DNA of 64,000 nucleotides, taken from the NCBI RefSeq assembly GCF_009834535.1, contig NC_045707.1:57414001-57478000 (forward strand), read 5' to 3'. The DNA is from Camelus ferus. Taxonomy: Eukaryota. The notes below the pieces were generated by a model. The model was given only the letters and a program-made list of their open reading frames with translations. It did no database searches and was not told the origin of the DNA. The position numbers and the translations under genes are program-made. Within the stretch, counting starts at the first letter, position 1, and every line of letters starts with the position of its first letter. Positions 27,520 through 38,723 of this stretch are shown here, in pieces.

Positions 27520-28375
27520 CAATGCATAACAATAGTGCTCTCCGGAAAAATGGTACCAGTTTTTGTTACATTATTAGTGGCATATGAGAATCCCTTTTCC
27601 CTATAGTCTTGTCAATACACCATATTTAAAAATACATCTTTACCATTTTAAAATTAAAAGTGAAATTTTTTTCATCTGTATGTCTCTGATTACTAGGAAG
27701 CTTGGATATATTTTCGTAGGTTTATTGGCCATTTTAAAAAAATTATTTGTCTGTGAGTTCACTTGCCCATGTTGCTTAAATCTTTATTGACTTGTAAGAG
27801 CTCTTCATTCGAAGACTATTAACAGATTGACTGTCATATATTTAAAATACTTTTTTCTGTTTGTTATTTGACCTTTTTATGGTGTGTGAGATACAGAAAC
27901 TTACAATTTTTAAATCTGACTGGGGTGGGGAGTGGTTTCCTGGCATTTTTTCTAAGAATTGTTTTTGCATCACAAGATGATGAACATTGACTTCATTTTA
28001 ATTGTTTCATGGTTTTATTTTTACATTTAAATTTTTAATCAGCGTGTTATATTTGGCATAGACTATGAGATTGGGATCCACATTATTTTGTATCATTTAA
28101 TTATCTGTTCCAGCATCATTATTTAACAATCCTTTTCTCCTTTGGTCTAAATTCCACATTTATCATATAATAAAGTTTTAAATATGATGGATCTGCCTCT
28201 GGACTCTGTTCTGTTCTACTATCTCTTACTACACCAGTAAGACACTGCTTTAATCAGTGTAGATTCTTAATAAACGTTCATATCTGATAGGAAAAGTCAC
28301 CCTTTATTGCTCTTTTTAAATTTTTTTCTGAAGTTTTCTGACGAAAGCATTCACTCTGCCAGATGAGATTTGGAC
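27520..28375 (-). mobile_element. Ancient L1ME-like fragment
   Basis: gtttattggccatt...ccagcatcattattt...ggatctgcctctggactctgttctgttc. Confidence 0.7.
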
Positions 28376-28656
28376 ATTTCCTTCTAAGTGGTAGTGTTAT
28401 CTTTTAGGTCTTCATTGTTTCTCACCCTCCTAACTTGAACCTCCATTCAATCCATCCTGTACCCGCCCTAGTGCAGCCTAACTTGCTTATGGTTCAACTC
28501 CAGATGTAACAAATAATAACAACAATGGCAGTAAATCCCATTTGCCATTATCTTGTTGACATTTCAAACTGGGATTGTACTGTGATCCTAAGGTCACACT
28601 GGACTCTCAAAAGAACAAGAAAGCTCTCCCTTTAAGAGACACCACTGTCTTTTCAG

Positions 28657-28875
28657 AGTGTGGAAGGAGAGCACCATGAGAAGGCTGTGGAACTACTCAA
28701 GGCTGCTAAGGACAGCGTCAAGCTGGTGGTCCGGTACACCCCGAAAGTCCTGGAAGAAATGGAGGCTCGCTTTGAAAAGCTACGGACAGCCCGGCGTCGG
28801 CAGCAGCAGCAATTGCTAATCCAGCAGCAGCAACAGCAGCAGCAGCAACAGACACAGCAAAACCACATGTCATAG
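28657..28875 (+). CDS. LIN7A: LIN7A last coding exon (PDZ C-terminus plus polyQ tail)
   Basis: Acceptor tcttttcag ends at 28656. Translation is [56 protein letters not shown]10TQQNHMS*, in phase with exon 1-102. The polyQ-NHMS tail distinguishes LIN7A from LIN7B/C. TAG at 28873-28875 is followed by donor gtaagg. Confidence 0.98.
   Translation, partial: SVEGEHHEKAVELLKAAKDSVKLVVRYTPKVLEEMEARFEKLRTARRRQQQQLLIQQQQQQQQQQTQQNHMS
28801..28860 (+). repeat. Interrupted CAG/CAA repeat encoding Q4-LLI-Q10-TQQ
   Basis: cagcagcagcaattgctaatccagcagcagcaacagcagcagcagcaacagacacagcaa. Confidence 0.97.
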
Positions 28876-30116
28876 GTAAGGAGTGCCGCCTTCTTACAAG
28901 GAGAGTCCCCTGCACGTGCAAGTCTGTTTTGGATTTTTTTTTAAAACATAGTTTCTTTGACAGCTGGAACATAATCATTAGATTTAATAATCCAAACAAA
29001 ATCAATCAGGTATTTTACATAAAAGAACAATGACCTCAGAAAATTTAAACAAGACAGTTGCTTACTTTATGTGTCATTCAGCCATATTCCTTTCAAATAT
29101 AAGATGGTTTAGAAAACAAGATACTTTGGGAGGGCCAGGTACAGACTATACGATGCTTTTATATAAATTACGAAAATACAGCATCCATGCGAACCCAGAT
29201 TGTCAGACACGTGGCTACATGACAGGTGCGGGCTGGATTCCTGCCCAGTTGCCTTTGCACAGTGTACAGACTAAGCAACCATACAGTGCTGATCCTGGAA
29301 TGATCCCCTTTAGAATACTGAAACAGAGTTTACTAGAAAACCACTCCATTGAAAAGAATGAAGTAGAGACCTGCCAGTGTTTATGTGCTGAGAGATTTTG
29401 AAATTCTCTTTGAGTGCTCACTTAAAATGTGTCTTAAGATGTACCTACCTTTTTCTAAATTCCACTTTGTGACAATGAATGCTAAGTCAGGTTTTGCTAC
29501 ATATTTTTAAGAAAATTAAAAAAAATTCTCGGAAAAATATTAAACATCGCCATCTTTGAAGTTCTTGCTATGTGCTAGGTCCTTCTCACATGGTATCCCT
29601 AACCCTCAAAAAACCCTTCATAGTAAGTATCATTAAAACACCACTTTTTAGATGAATGGTATGAAACTGCAATAGCTTCAGTGGATCCCCCAAAACCACT
29701 CTGACAAGTAGCATAGAATTATTTTTCGTTCTTACTCTACCAAACAGAACGTCAGAAATTACATCTTCTTTGCTATTTTTTGGAAGAGACAGTTCATATC
29801 CTTAGATACTATGATGTCTGCAAATGTGTATTTGAAATGAGGTTCAGATGCTCTTCGGAAGATAACAACGGGTGATGGTAGTTTAAACTCATTCAGTATC
29901 AGTTTACTACTTGCACAAGCAGAAACAGTGGCTGTGAGAAGAGATTTTCAAATTTTTGTGGCACTCATGAAAAGGAGAAGTAAAAGAGTTTGGGATTTGT
30001 CCCCCAAGAGGCCTGGGAATTCAACTATCTACTTGTCTTTTATAACCTGCTGGTTTTATTATATATAGCATAGTTTGGTGTCTTTATATGAAATTACATT
30101 TCATTCTAAAAACTAC

Positions 30117-30820
30117 ATTTATTCAGCAGTAAATATTTATTTCTGACTGTGATGGGCCCGGCACTGTTCAGTGGTCTGTAGAAACAGCATGAACCAAGCA
30201 AAGTCCTTGTTCTCATGGTGCTTACCTTCTGGTTGGAGGAGATAGTTAATTAACAAGTAGATAAGAATATCCTATTGAGATCAATACTTTGCAGAGTTAA
30301 TATAGGGTGCTTTTTTTTTTTTAAATATAGGGCGCTTTGATAGAGACTGGCTAGGTGATGACTTTCGATGAGGTGATCAGGGGAGACCTCTCAAAAGAGG
30401 TGACATTTAAGCTAGATTGAATGACAGGGAAAAGCTATGAAACAAGCATAAGAAGAGGAGGAAACAGACAGTCGAGTAGCTCTAAGGCAGATGTGAGCTA
30501 TTTGATGTTTGAGGCATAGAAAGCCGAGGTGGTTAGGGAATAAAGAGTGAGAAGGGCAGTGAGACAGATGGGAGCCAGAGCACAGAGAGCTTTTTAAAGC
30601 ACTGAGGGAAGTTAGATTTTATTGCGGTGGAAACCATCGAAGGTTTTTAAGCAAAGGGGTGGCATGATATGATTTATCTATATAAAAGAACCACTCTGGC
30701 TGCTGTGGGGAGAATAGATTATTGAGGGTAAATGTGAAAAGAGACCCATTAGGAGGCTATTATATAGTCATCCAGGCAAGAGATATGGTGGCTTGGACTG
30801 GGATGATGGAATGATTTGGA
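30117..30820 (-). mobile_element. L2 3' region
   Basis: gaggtgacatttaagct...ggtttttaagcaaaggggtggcatgatatgattt...ccactctggctgctgtgg. Confidence 0.85.
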
Positions 30821-31621
30821 TGCATGGGGACAAGTCATTTTTTCCTTGTCTTTCTCCTCTCTTATCTATCCCAAATGTAAAGGCCCTTTACATTTGTACT
30901 TTCAGAATCCTTTCAAAGGTCTTTTTCTAATAATAACAATCTACTATTCTTTAGTCAGACATTGACACTCTTTTCATTAACTCATTTTTTTTTATCCATT
31001 CTCAATAACACAGTCTTGAACCAATTCTCCTATTTGCTTTACCACACTGGCCCATGGTAAAATTGTTGTAAAAGTGTTCTGAAAGAAATATGCTGCCATT
31101 TAGACTTCTGAGGTCTTACTGTAAGCTTCCAACATTATGCTCATTCAGTCATCATTGGAAGTATACAACTTGGTCATAAATAATTTGCTGGGCTCAACTC
31201 CATTTCTCTGTTCCATCAGTCTTCATTAAATCACTTGAGAATTTCCTACTATCTCATTACCAAAGACTAACATTTTAAATAAAAGACATTTAAAACCCCC
31301 ATGTTTTTTTCTTACACAGGATATAGTTAAGCTCTGTTTAAGTGAACACAAAATGTATATGTATGCCTGCCAAGAGAGCACTTGCAATACCCAGGATCAT
31401 GGCCCCATGAGATGAAACTGTAGTGACCATTTCAAGTATAAGCAAAGTACAACCAAGTCATGACATCCATGGATTTTATGGTGTATTCAGTCAAAGAGAC
31501 CTACATTAGCTCTTGTTCAACTTTTAATTAATTAGATTTTTCAGGATTAAATGGGATTTGTTACACTTGCTGACTCATACTATGGTTGCTTTGGAGAGGA
31601 GATTTGAAGCTATTTACTTTA

Positions 31622-32921
31622 TTCTTCAACTCTGGGTATTCTTTATATTTTCCAACTCTTTGCTAAAAATTTCACTCTGTGCATCTATATTCCTCTTGAG
31701 TTCTCTGAACATCTTCGCCATCATTACTCTAAACTCTTTCTTGGATAAATTGCCTATCTCCTCATCACTTATTTCTTCTTCTGGGATTTTATCTTGTGCC
31801 TTGGCCTGGAAGATATTCCTCTGCCACCTCAAATTGTCTATCTTTCTATTTGTATTTTTAGGTAGGTTAGTTACGTTTCTTGACCTTGGAGAGGTGGCCC
31901 TCTGTGGGAGATGTCCTATGCGTCCCAGCAGTACACTCCTCTTGTCACTCAAGGGCCAGGGTCCAGCTGGTCCCAGTGTAGAGTCTGGCTTGTGTTTATG
32001 GATTCCTTCCATAGGCTTTAGGATTGTTGTTTTCTTCTTTCTGGTACCTGCCCCCTCGTGGATGAGGCTGGGCTAGAGGCTTATGAAGGTTTCCTGGCAG
32101 GAGGAGTTGGTGCCTGCCCACTGCAGGGGTGAAGCTTCGTTCTGGACCTCTGGTGGGTAGGGCCATGTCTAGAGGCATTTGTGGCTTGGGAGGTCTGCTG
32201 ATGGGTGGGGCTGTGTTTCCACCCAGTACGTTGTTTGGCCTGAGGCATCCCAGCCTTGAGCCTATAGGCTGTTGGGTGGGGCTGGGTCTGGGTGCTAATG
32301 ATCCAATCAAGATGTCAGCCTCCAGGGAAGCTCATGTAGATGAACACTCCCGGAATGTCCGCCACCAGTTTTTATGTCCCCTGGGTGAGCTGCAGCTGCC
32401 CCCTACCTTCCCAGGAGACCTCCCAAAACTAGCAGGCAGGCCTGGCCCAAGTTCCTATGCAAACACTGCCTCTGCCCTTGGACCTGGTACACGCGAGATT
32501 CTATGTACTGATTCCCAAGAAAGTGAAGTGTTTGTTTCCTCCCAGTCCCGTGGGGCTCCTGGAGTTAAGCCCCACTGGCCTTCAAAACCAGATGGCCTGG
32601 GGTTTCCTCCTCCTCCCAACGTCAGAACCCCCGGCTGGGGAGCCTGCCATGGGGCTCAGAACTCTCACTCCTGTGGGAGGGCCTCTGCGACTTAATTCTT
32701 CAGTTTGTGGGCGGTATGAGGCCCAATTATATGGTGAGCACGCTCCTCCTACTGTCCCACTGTAGTTCCTTCTTCATGTCTAAGCTGAAGAAAATATGTT
32801 TCGCTGGGTTCCAGTCTTGTTTTTCCAGTGGTTGTTAGCAGTCAGTTGTGGTTTTGTTGTAGTTGCGAGGAGAGGCGAGCTCTTGGTCCTACCGCTCCGC
32901 CATCTTGACTGGGAAAAAATC
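31622..32921 (-). mobile_element. L1 with 5' UTR and ORF1 N-terminus only (3'-truncated), flanked by TSD
   Basis: The minus strand begins gattttttcccagtcaagatggcggag (YY1 motif at 32897-32907). The ORF1 remnant at 31626-31832 reads LRWQRNIFQAKAQDKIPEEEISDEEIGNLSKKEFRVMMAKMFRELKR. Direct repeat tgaagctatttacttta at 31605-31621 and 32922-32938. Confidence 0.93.
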
Positions 32922-33413
32922 TGAAGCTATTTACTTTAAACAGATCTCTGATTTCTTTTTTTTTTAAGTTTGACAAGTCAAGCAAAGACCAGGTAAAGCA
33001 AAAATGCTTGTCAGATATTGTCTTATTGTTTATCACATGAAATATAATGTCTGTTCTCTAAATTAGAAATAATATTTTGTATCTGAGATGGTAGAGGTTA
33101 TGAAGTAATGCGCAATGGTCAGTTGCACATACAGATGGAAAATAGGTTGAATGCAAGTAACGTGTGGACAAGTGCACCTTACGCCTACTCCTTTAAACTC
33201 TACTGAAGTAAATCTCAGTTGTCTTTTCCCCTAACTTCCATGCTTATTAATCATGAAGAATAGATTACATTTTCTAAAAGGTAGTAAATATGATCACTAT
33301 ATATTATATTACAGAAACCTAAGCAGAGGATATGAATATAGGTTTTTTTTAATGCTATAGCCACTTTTTTTGAAAGTGTTATGTTTATTCAGCTTTAAGG
33401 ATTTCTTTCTGTT

Positions 33414-33670
33414 CTTTTTTTTTCAAGAAGTGTAGTTGATTTCGAATATTAGTTTCAAGCATACAACATAGTGATTCGACACTTATATACATTATAAACT
33501 GATTATCACAAGTCTAGTTACCACCTGTCACTATACAAAGTTCTTACAGCATTATTGACTCTCTTCCCTATGCTGTACATTACATCCCCTTGACTTATTT
33601 ATTTTATAACTGGAAGTTTGTACCTCTTAATCCTCTTCACCTAATTTGCCCAAATAAGCCCCCACCCTAT
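33414..33670 (-). mobile_element. L1MA-type 3' end
   Basis: T tract, then tacaacatagtgattc...tattttataactggaagtttgtacctctt. Confidence 0.85.
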
Positions 33671-34139
33671 AAGCATCTCATTTTTTAAAGTATGACTTTA
33701 TATAAATCCATATTTCACTCAGATTCCCAAAGAATAAAAGTAAGAAGGAAGAGGGATGTGTTTTGAGATGTCAGCAATCTGAAGAAGTTGAAACTTAAAG
33801 TTTGTTTAATTTCTCTGACCTCCTATTGGTGGATCCAGGGGGAAGAATTCATTTACATTCAAATACAGGCTGGATCTTAGCAGGTTTATGGAAGCAGCTG
33901 GCCTTTGCCGGTAGCCTCACTGACTTTCTTTTTTCTCCTCTTCAGGCCCTCATTTCCCTTATTTTGTCCATTACTTACTGTTCTGTACCTTTCACTAACA
34001 CTGCCACAACCAGGGGCCTAATGACCTGAACCAGGGAACCTGCCAGCCCATTTACTGAGAGCTCCTAAAGGATGACTCTGATAAAACTGAATTCAAGAAC
34101 TCCAGAGTATCAAGCAGAAAACTGAACCAGAAATAATAA

Positions 34140-34385
34140 TCATAATACTGGATAAAATTTATTGAGCAATTAGGATGTGCCAGGAACTCTTCTAAGTGCT
34201 TCACATATATTAAATTTCTTAATCTTTACAATAATCCTATGAGTATTAGGTACTGTTTTTAATCTCATTTTTAAGAAGAAACTGAGTTATGTAGGATTTT
34301 TTTAAAGTCTACTCATTTCATAGCTAGCAAGTGATAGCGCCATGATACAAACCCAGAGGTGTGGGCTTCAAAGCGTCTTCCCCTT
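34140..34385 (-). mobile_element. MIR SINE
   Basis: tttattgagc...gtgccaggaactcttctaagtgcttcacatatatt. Confidence 0.75.
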
Positions 34386-34511
34386 AACCGTCCTTCCTCA
34401 TAGATACGTTCACATGAGCTTTCCAGGAATTCAGTCTCTGCTTAGAGTTGGTGCTAACCCTTACCATGGACCTCCCAGCACCCCATGCTTCAGAATATTT
34501 CATCATCGCAG

Positions 34512-34990
34512 CTCTCCCACTGCTGCTCTAAAAAATTACAATTGTAGCGGCTTAAAAGAATTCCAATTAATTTTCTTGTAATATTGTAGGACCGAAGTCC
34601 AAGACAGTCTCACTAGGCTTTCGAAGGCTCTAGGAAAGATTCATTTCCTTGCCTTTTTGTTTCTAGGGACCGCCTGCATTCCTTGCCTCCTGGTTCCATT
34701 CTCCATCCTCAAAACCAGCAATGGTGGTCAAGCCCTCGCAGTGCACTGCTCTGATCTCTGTTTCCATCATCACATCTCCTTCCCTGACTGCTTCTTTCTC
34801 ATTCTTCCACTTTTAATTACATTGGACCCACCTGGACAGTCCAGGATCCTCTCCATATCAGCTGTTTAGCAACCTTAATTCCATCTACAACCTTAATTTC
34901 CCTTTACCATGGAATCTAACATAGTCACAGGTTCCAGGGATTAGAAGAAGGACATGTTGTGGGAGGGGAGCATTACTTCTGTCTACCACA
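34512..34990 (-). mobile_element. MaLR MLT1 solo LTR
   Basis: gaaggctctaggaaagattcatttccttgcc...tcacaggttccagggattag...tctgtctaccaca. Confidence 0.85.
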
Positions 34991-36651
34991 ATGACTCATT
35001 TAGAAATTAGCAAAGCAATTTGATCAACAAATTTAAACTAATGTGGAAAAAAAAATTATTAATCTGTTGAATTATAAGTCATGGGAATGAGGGGAATAAT
35101 GAGGACATTTGGAGCCAGTGCTTCTTCCCAGTGGGTATTTCAATCCCGCACGCTTTGGATGCCTGGTGCTCTCAGCTGCTGGCATATCCCGCAGGCCTAC
35201 TCCTCCTCTGGATGGATGAAGAGATTGAGACTCTTTCTGAAATTCACCTGCTCTGAGTCCCATTCCCATGTAACTATATGGTGCATTAATTTATTAAAAT
35301 TCAATCACTTGGTAGCTAACGGACTTGAAGGAAGTTATTCAATATACGACTCAGTCAGATGATCTGTTACGGAGATTCAATAAGAAAAAATATGTAAAAC
35401 TCTTAACAAAATATGTGGCAATTAGTGAACACTCAATAGTAACAGCAGCGTAGTAGAGTAGTAACGACAGATGATACTTCTATGCAGTATCCTGTCAGGT
35501 GACCCCTGAAGAAGGACAATGACTTCATGTATGACTTTCAGCTCCACTCTGCAGGCCCAAGGTGCTTTTAGGCAAATCTTCAGAAGGCTTGGTGACTGGG
35601 GAGTGTGGATGCAGAGGTGGTAGATTGCAAACCTATTCCCCTCCCCCCATTTTCATGCCAGCTGGAACAATTTGTTAAATAAAATGTTTTTGTATATGGT
35701 GCTCGGCATTCATTGAAATAAAAACATCTGCAGCTTTAAAAACAAAGAGCGAAAGCTGTTCTTTCTGAAAGAAATGACTCTATAATGGTGGAAGAGTGAC
35801 AGGTCTGGGGGAGTGTTTGGGGAGACTGCTCCCCCAAATCTGACCGTACAGGGCAGCTGCCTACTCTGTTCTGCTCCATGTCAGGCTGACCTCATGGGAG
35901 AGGAAATGAGCCTACCATCTGCTTCACGGAAGGGATATTGGTGCTTCCAGCCTATCAAAGAGAGGCTTTGCTTACATGTACCTCAACAAGAGCGCTACCG
36001 GTCATCCGAAGAGTCATACTGTAAAGGTTTTCTCTCCTTTGACTCCACGAAGAAAAACAGAGTCATCTGGAATTGGGAGGAAGAAATGTCTTACATTTAA
36101 AATGTTTCCAAACTGGTGTTTTTTTATTTAATTTTAGGGAATAACTGTGTCTTTCCCATCCTCATTTGATAATTACTTCCTTTGCAAATATCGAACAATT
36201 TTTTCACATGTGGAAGACTGCATGAATGATAAAGACCAAAATAAACCTTGCTGTTCTCACATAGCACATGCTCCTTTGATATTTTTAGCACATTGTAGTT
36301 GACAAATGAATACTAATCACCGATTTCTCTTCGCTCTTCTCCGCCTTCCAGGTCCTTGAAGAAAAGCTACTTGATCAAACATCCAATAGTCACAAATTTG
36401 AAACCGTGCTTCAGAATCCCAGCACATAGTAAAGGAAAAGACAACGCTGATAATTATACCTGTCAAGAAACTGTGAACATGTGGTGTATAAAATCTTTGC
36501 CAAGGCAACTCGACACCTTCTTTCTCTGGGGCTAAACCCCCCACCGTTCACCAGCTCTTTACGCACACAGACCTTCCATTCGCTGCAGTGGGAATTCTCA
36601 GTGTGTAAAGGGAGAGGTTTTCCAGTCTGCAGACTGAAACAGTATAAGAAG

Positions 36652-36657
36652 AATAAA
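36652..36657 (+). terminator. Candidate proximal poly(A) signal
   Basis: AATAAA 300 nt into the terminal exon. Confidence 0.45.
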
Positions 36658-37412
36658 GTCCATGACTTTCACATAAATCACCAGGGCCAGGGTTAAGTGA
36701 ATCTTGGGTCTATAGCTTTTACAGAGATTAATGGATCCCTCATTAGGCAATAGTTCAAACTGCATCAGTTCAAGATTGTCGCCACTTAAAAGAAACCTAC
36801 ACACTACCCCTCACCCTGACCTGTTCCACATCCATATTGCTGAGTTGTCTGAATTAGAATTTGAGTTAATTGCAAATTCAACCTCTGTTCCCCTCTTGAA
36901 AACGGCAAGTTGTTACACTATATTTATACTCGCTTCAGTTTCCAGAAGCAGTTGGTTTTTTATTTTCTGTTTCCATGAATTTTATTATGCATGAACAGAG
37001 TGGGGCAATTTCAGCTCAACTTTTAGTTGGTTAGAAGCAAGAATAGAGAACTCTGGTACTGTTTTTTTTTTTTTTATTTAAGTCTTACTCATATCTATTC
37101 TTATTAATTCTAACAGAATGTAATCTTTATTTATTCCACAAAATGTATATTATCAGAGTTTGGTAACAAACTTAGGTCTTTTTTTTAACCAAGTGTTAGG
37201 AATCTGGAAAGGGAATACAATGAAAGGACCTAGCTTCATGAATTCATCCTCATATTTATATATAACCCTGCTCTCGATATTTTTAGTTGAGTTTTATATT
37301 TTTGATTGATAAACTCTAGAGAATTCTAAACTCTTTTTACCTACACTGATGTGCTGTCATAGAAGTTAAATTTTGATATTTTAAAGCTGAGGGCTTTACA
37401 AAACTAAATTAT

Positions 37413-37423
37413 ATATGTGTGTG

Positions 37424-37479
<56 letters not shown>

Positions 37480-37485
37480 AATATA
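37413..37485. repeat. Compound (TA)n(CA)n microsatellite in the 3' UTR
   Basis: Directly visible in the sequence. Confidence 0.95.
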
Positions 37486-38717
37486 TGTCATTCAAAGTTT
37501 AGGTCAGTTTTCCCAAATATACACTGGATATTTTTGGCAATCTAAGATCAAAAATATTATCCCTCTTAAAATTAGGCATACGGAAACCAGTGATATTAAT
37601 ATTGTGAATGAAGAGATGCTGCTGCTTCTAGGGTAAAACTATACCTACTTCATTACACATATTTCACATAGGTAAATAGACAGTGAGACATCATCTTTCA
37701 GAAGAGTATCATTTCCTGGAAAATTATCTGTTAGAGTTGCTGATACTGTTTATAACTTTTGACTTATGGCTAATCTAGGAGCATAAATCTGATTTTACTT
37801 TATGGAATTAACAGGCAGTAATAATTATTTGGGCACTTAAATACCTTAACCACACAAGTGTACCTGAAAAAAAGAATAAATGTCCAGTTGAAACATTCTA
37901 GATAGATCATTAAAACTGAGGCAAATATTTGAACAATCCCTTTTCTCAAAGCCAGAAATTGGTTCCCCAAGATACAATAAACTTCCCATTTCAGATGGGT
38001 CCCCAAATTAGCAATTTATGAAGCTCAGTTTAGGACTTGTTTTCTTGGGAATAAAATAAGCGACCCCGCGCATTTCCTTTTGCCCTGTCAGGTGGTATTA
38101 TTGTCAATACCAAGTTCTGCCTAGTCTTCATAGCCCCTCACCCAGCGTAGGACGAACAGCAAGGAGCCAAGGAGGTACGCCAATCCCAGCAGCGTCCTGC
38201 TGTGGTAACAGATTCCCATCCTTGAATACATACCATTTTTTACTCATGAGAACTTGTGGGAGAGGGCTCTGAATGTTATGTAAAAATAGGTTTACAAAAG
38301 AGATAAGCATGACTAAAAGGAATGAATGGACAATATGTGAGTATTATTCAGTTTCTAAGAGGTAGTTCTCATTTTTATAAGAAAAATTTAATAAAACATA
38401 TATTTTAGTTATCATGTAACAGAAAAATATTAAAGCTATTCAGGCTATGCCACAGATTCTCATAAAGGGAAATCATGGCACCCTTGTAATGAGAAAATGG
38501 TCTTTTCAACACATCTCAATACATTGTATAAATTTGAAGCTTAAGGTATATTTTCATTTAGCCATTAAGTGGTTGCTTAATACTAAATTATATGTTTTCA
38601 CGTCAATATAAATATTGTCATGGTTTTAAAGAAGCAACTATCAGATGCGCAGATACAATACATTTGTGTTTTCTAGATGTCTGTATTTTGTGCTTCATCT
38701 GCATAATGTTAAGTGAT

Positions 38718-38723
38718 AATAAA
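38718..38723 (+). terminator. Candidate intermediate poly(A) signal
   Basis: AATAAA followed by GU-rich gttgtttgt. Confidence 0.35.

Larger units (their letters stand above)
103..28656 (+). other. LIN7A: LIN7A intron (GT-AG, 28554 bp)
   Basis: gtatgt...tttcag joins two in-frame PDZ-coding exons. Confidence 0.95.
28876..36351 (+). other. LIN7A: LIN7A 3'-UTR intron starting immediately after the stop codon
   Basis: Donor TAG|gtaagg; branch point tactaat at 36311-36317; pyrimidine tract tttctcttcgctcttctccgccttc; acceptor cag at 36349-36351. Confidence 0.88.

Noticed and set aside
103..28656. Intronic miRNA like those annotated in human LIN7A introns
   Set aside because: I could not identify a convincing pre-miRNA hairpin by eye; a miRBase or Infernal search would be needed.
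28653..28868. Minus-strand Cys-rich ORF ([10 protein letters not shown]...)
   Set aside because: It is the antisense reading of the LIN7A CAG repeat exon.
29030..29401. 123-aa ORF just after the last coding exon
   Set aside because: It is intronic, downstream of the stop, and shows no recognisable homology or exon signals.
31558..32765. Long + strand ORFs (172, 188 and 102 aa)
   Set aside because: These are antisense frames of the GC-rich L1 5' UTR and ORF1 with no recognisable protein family.
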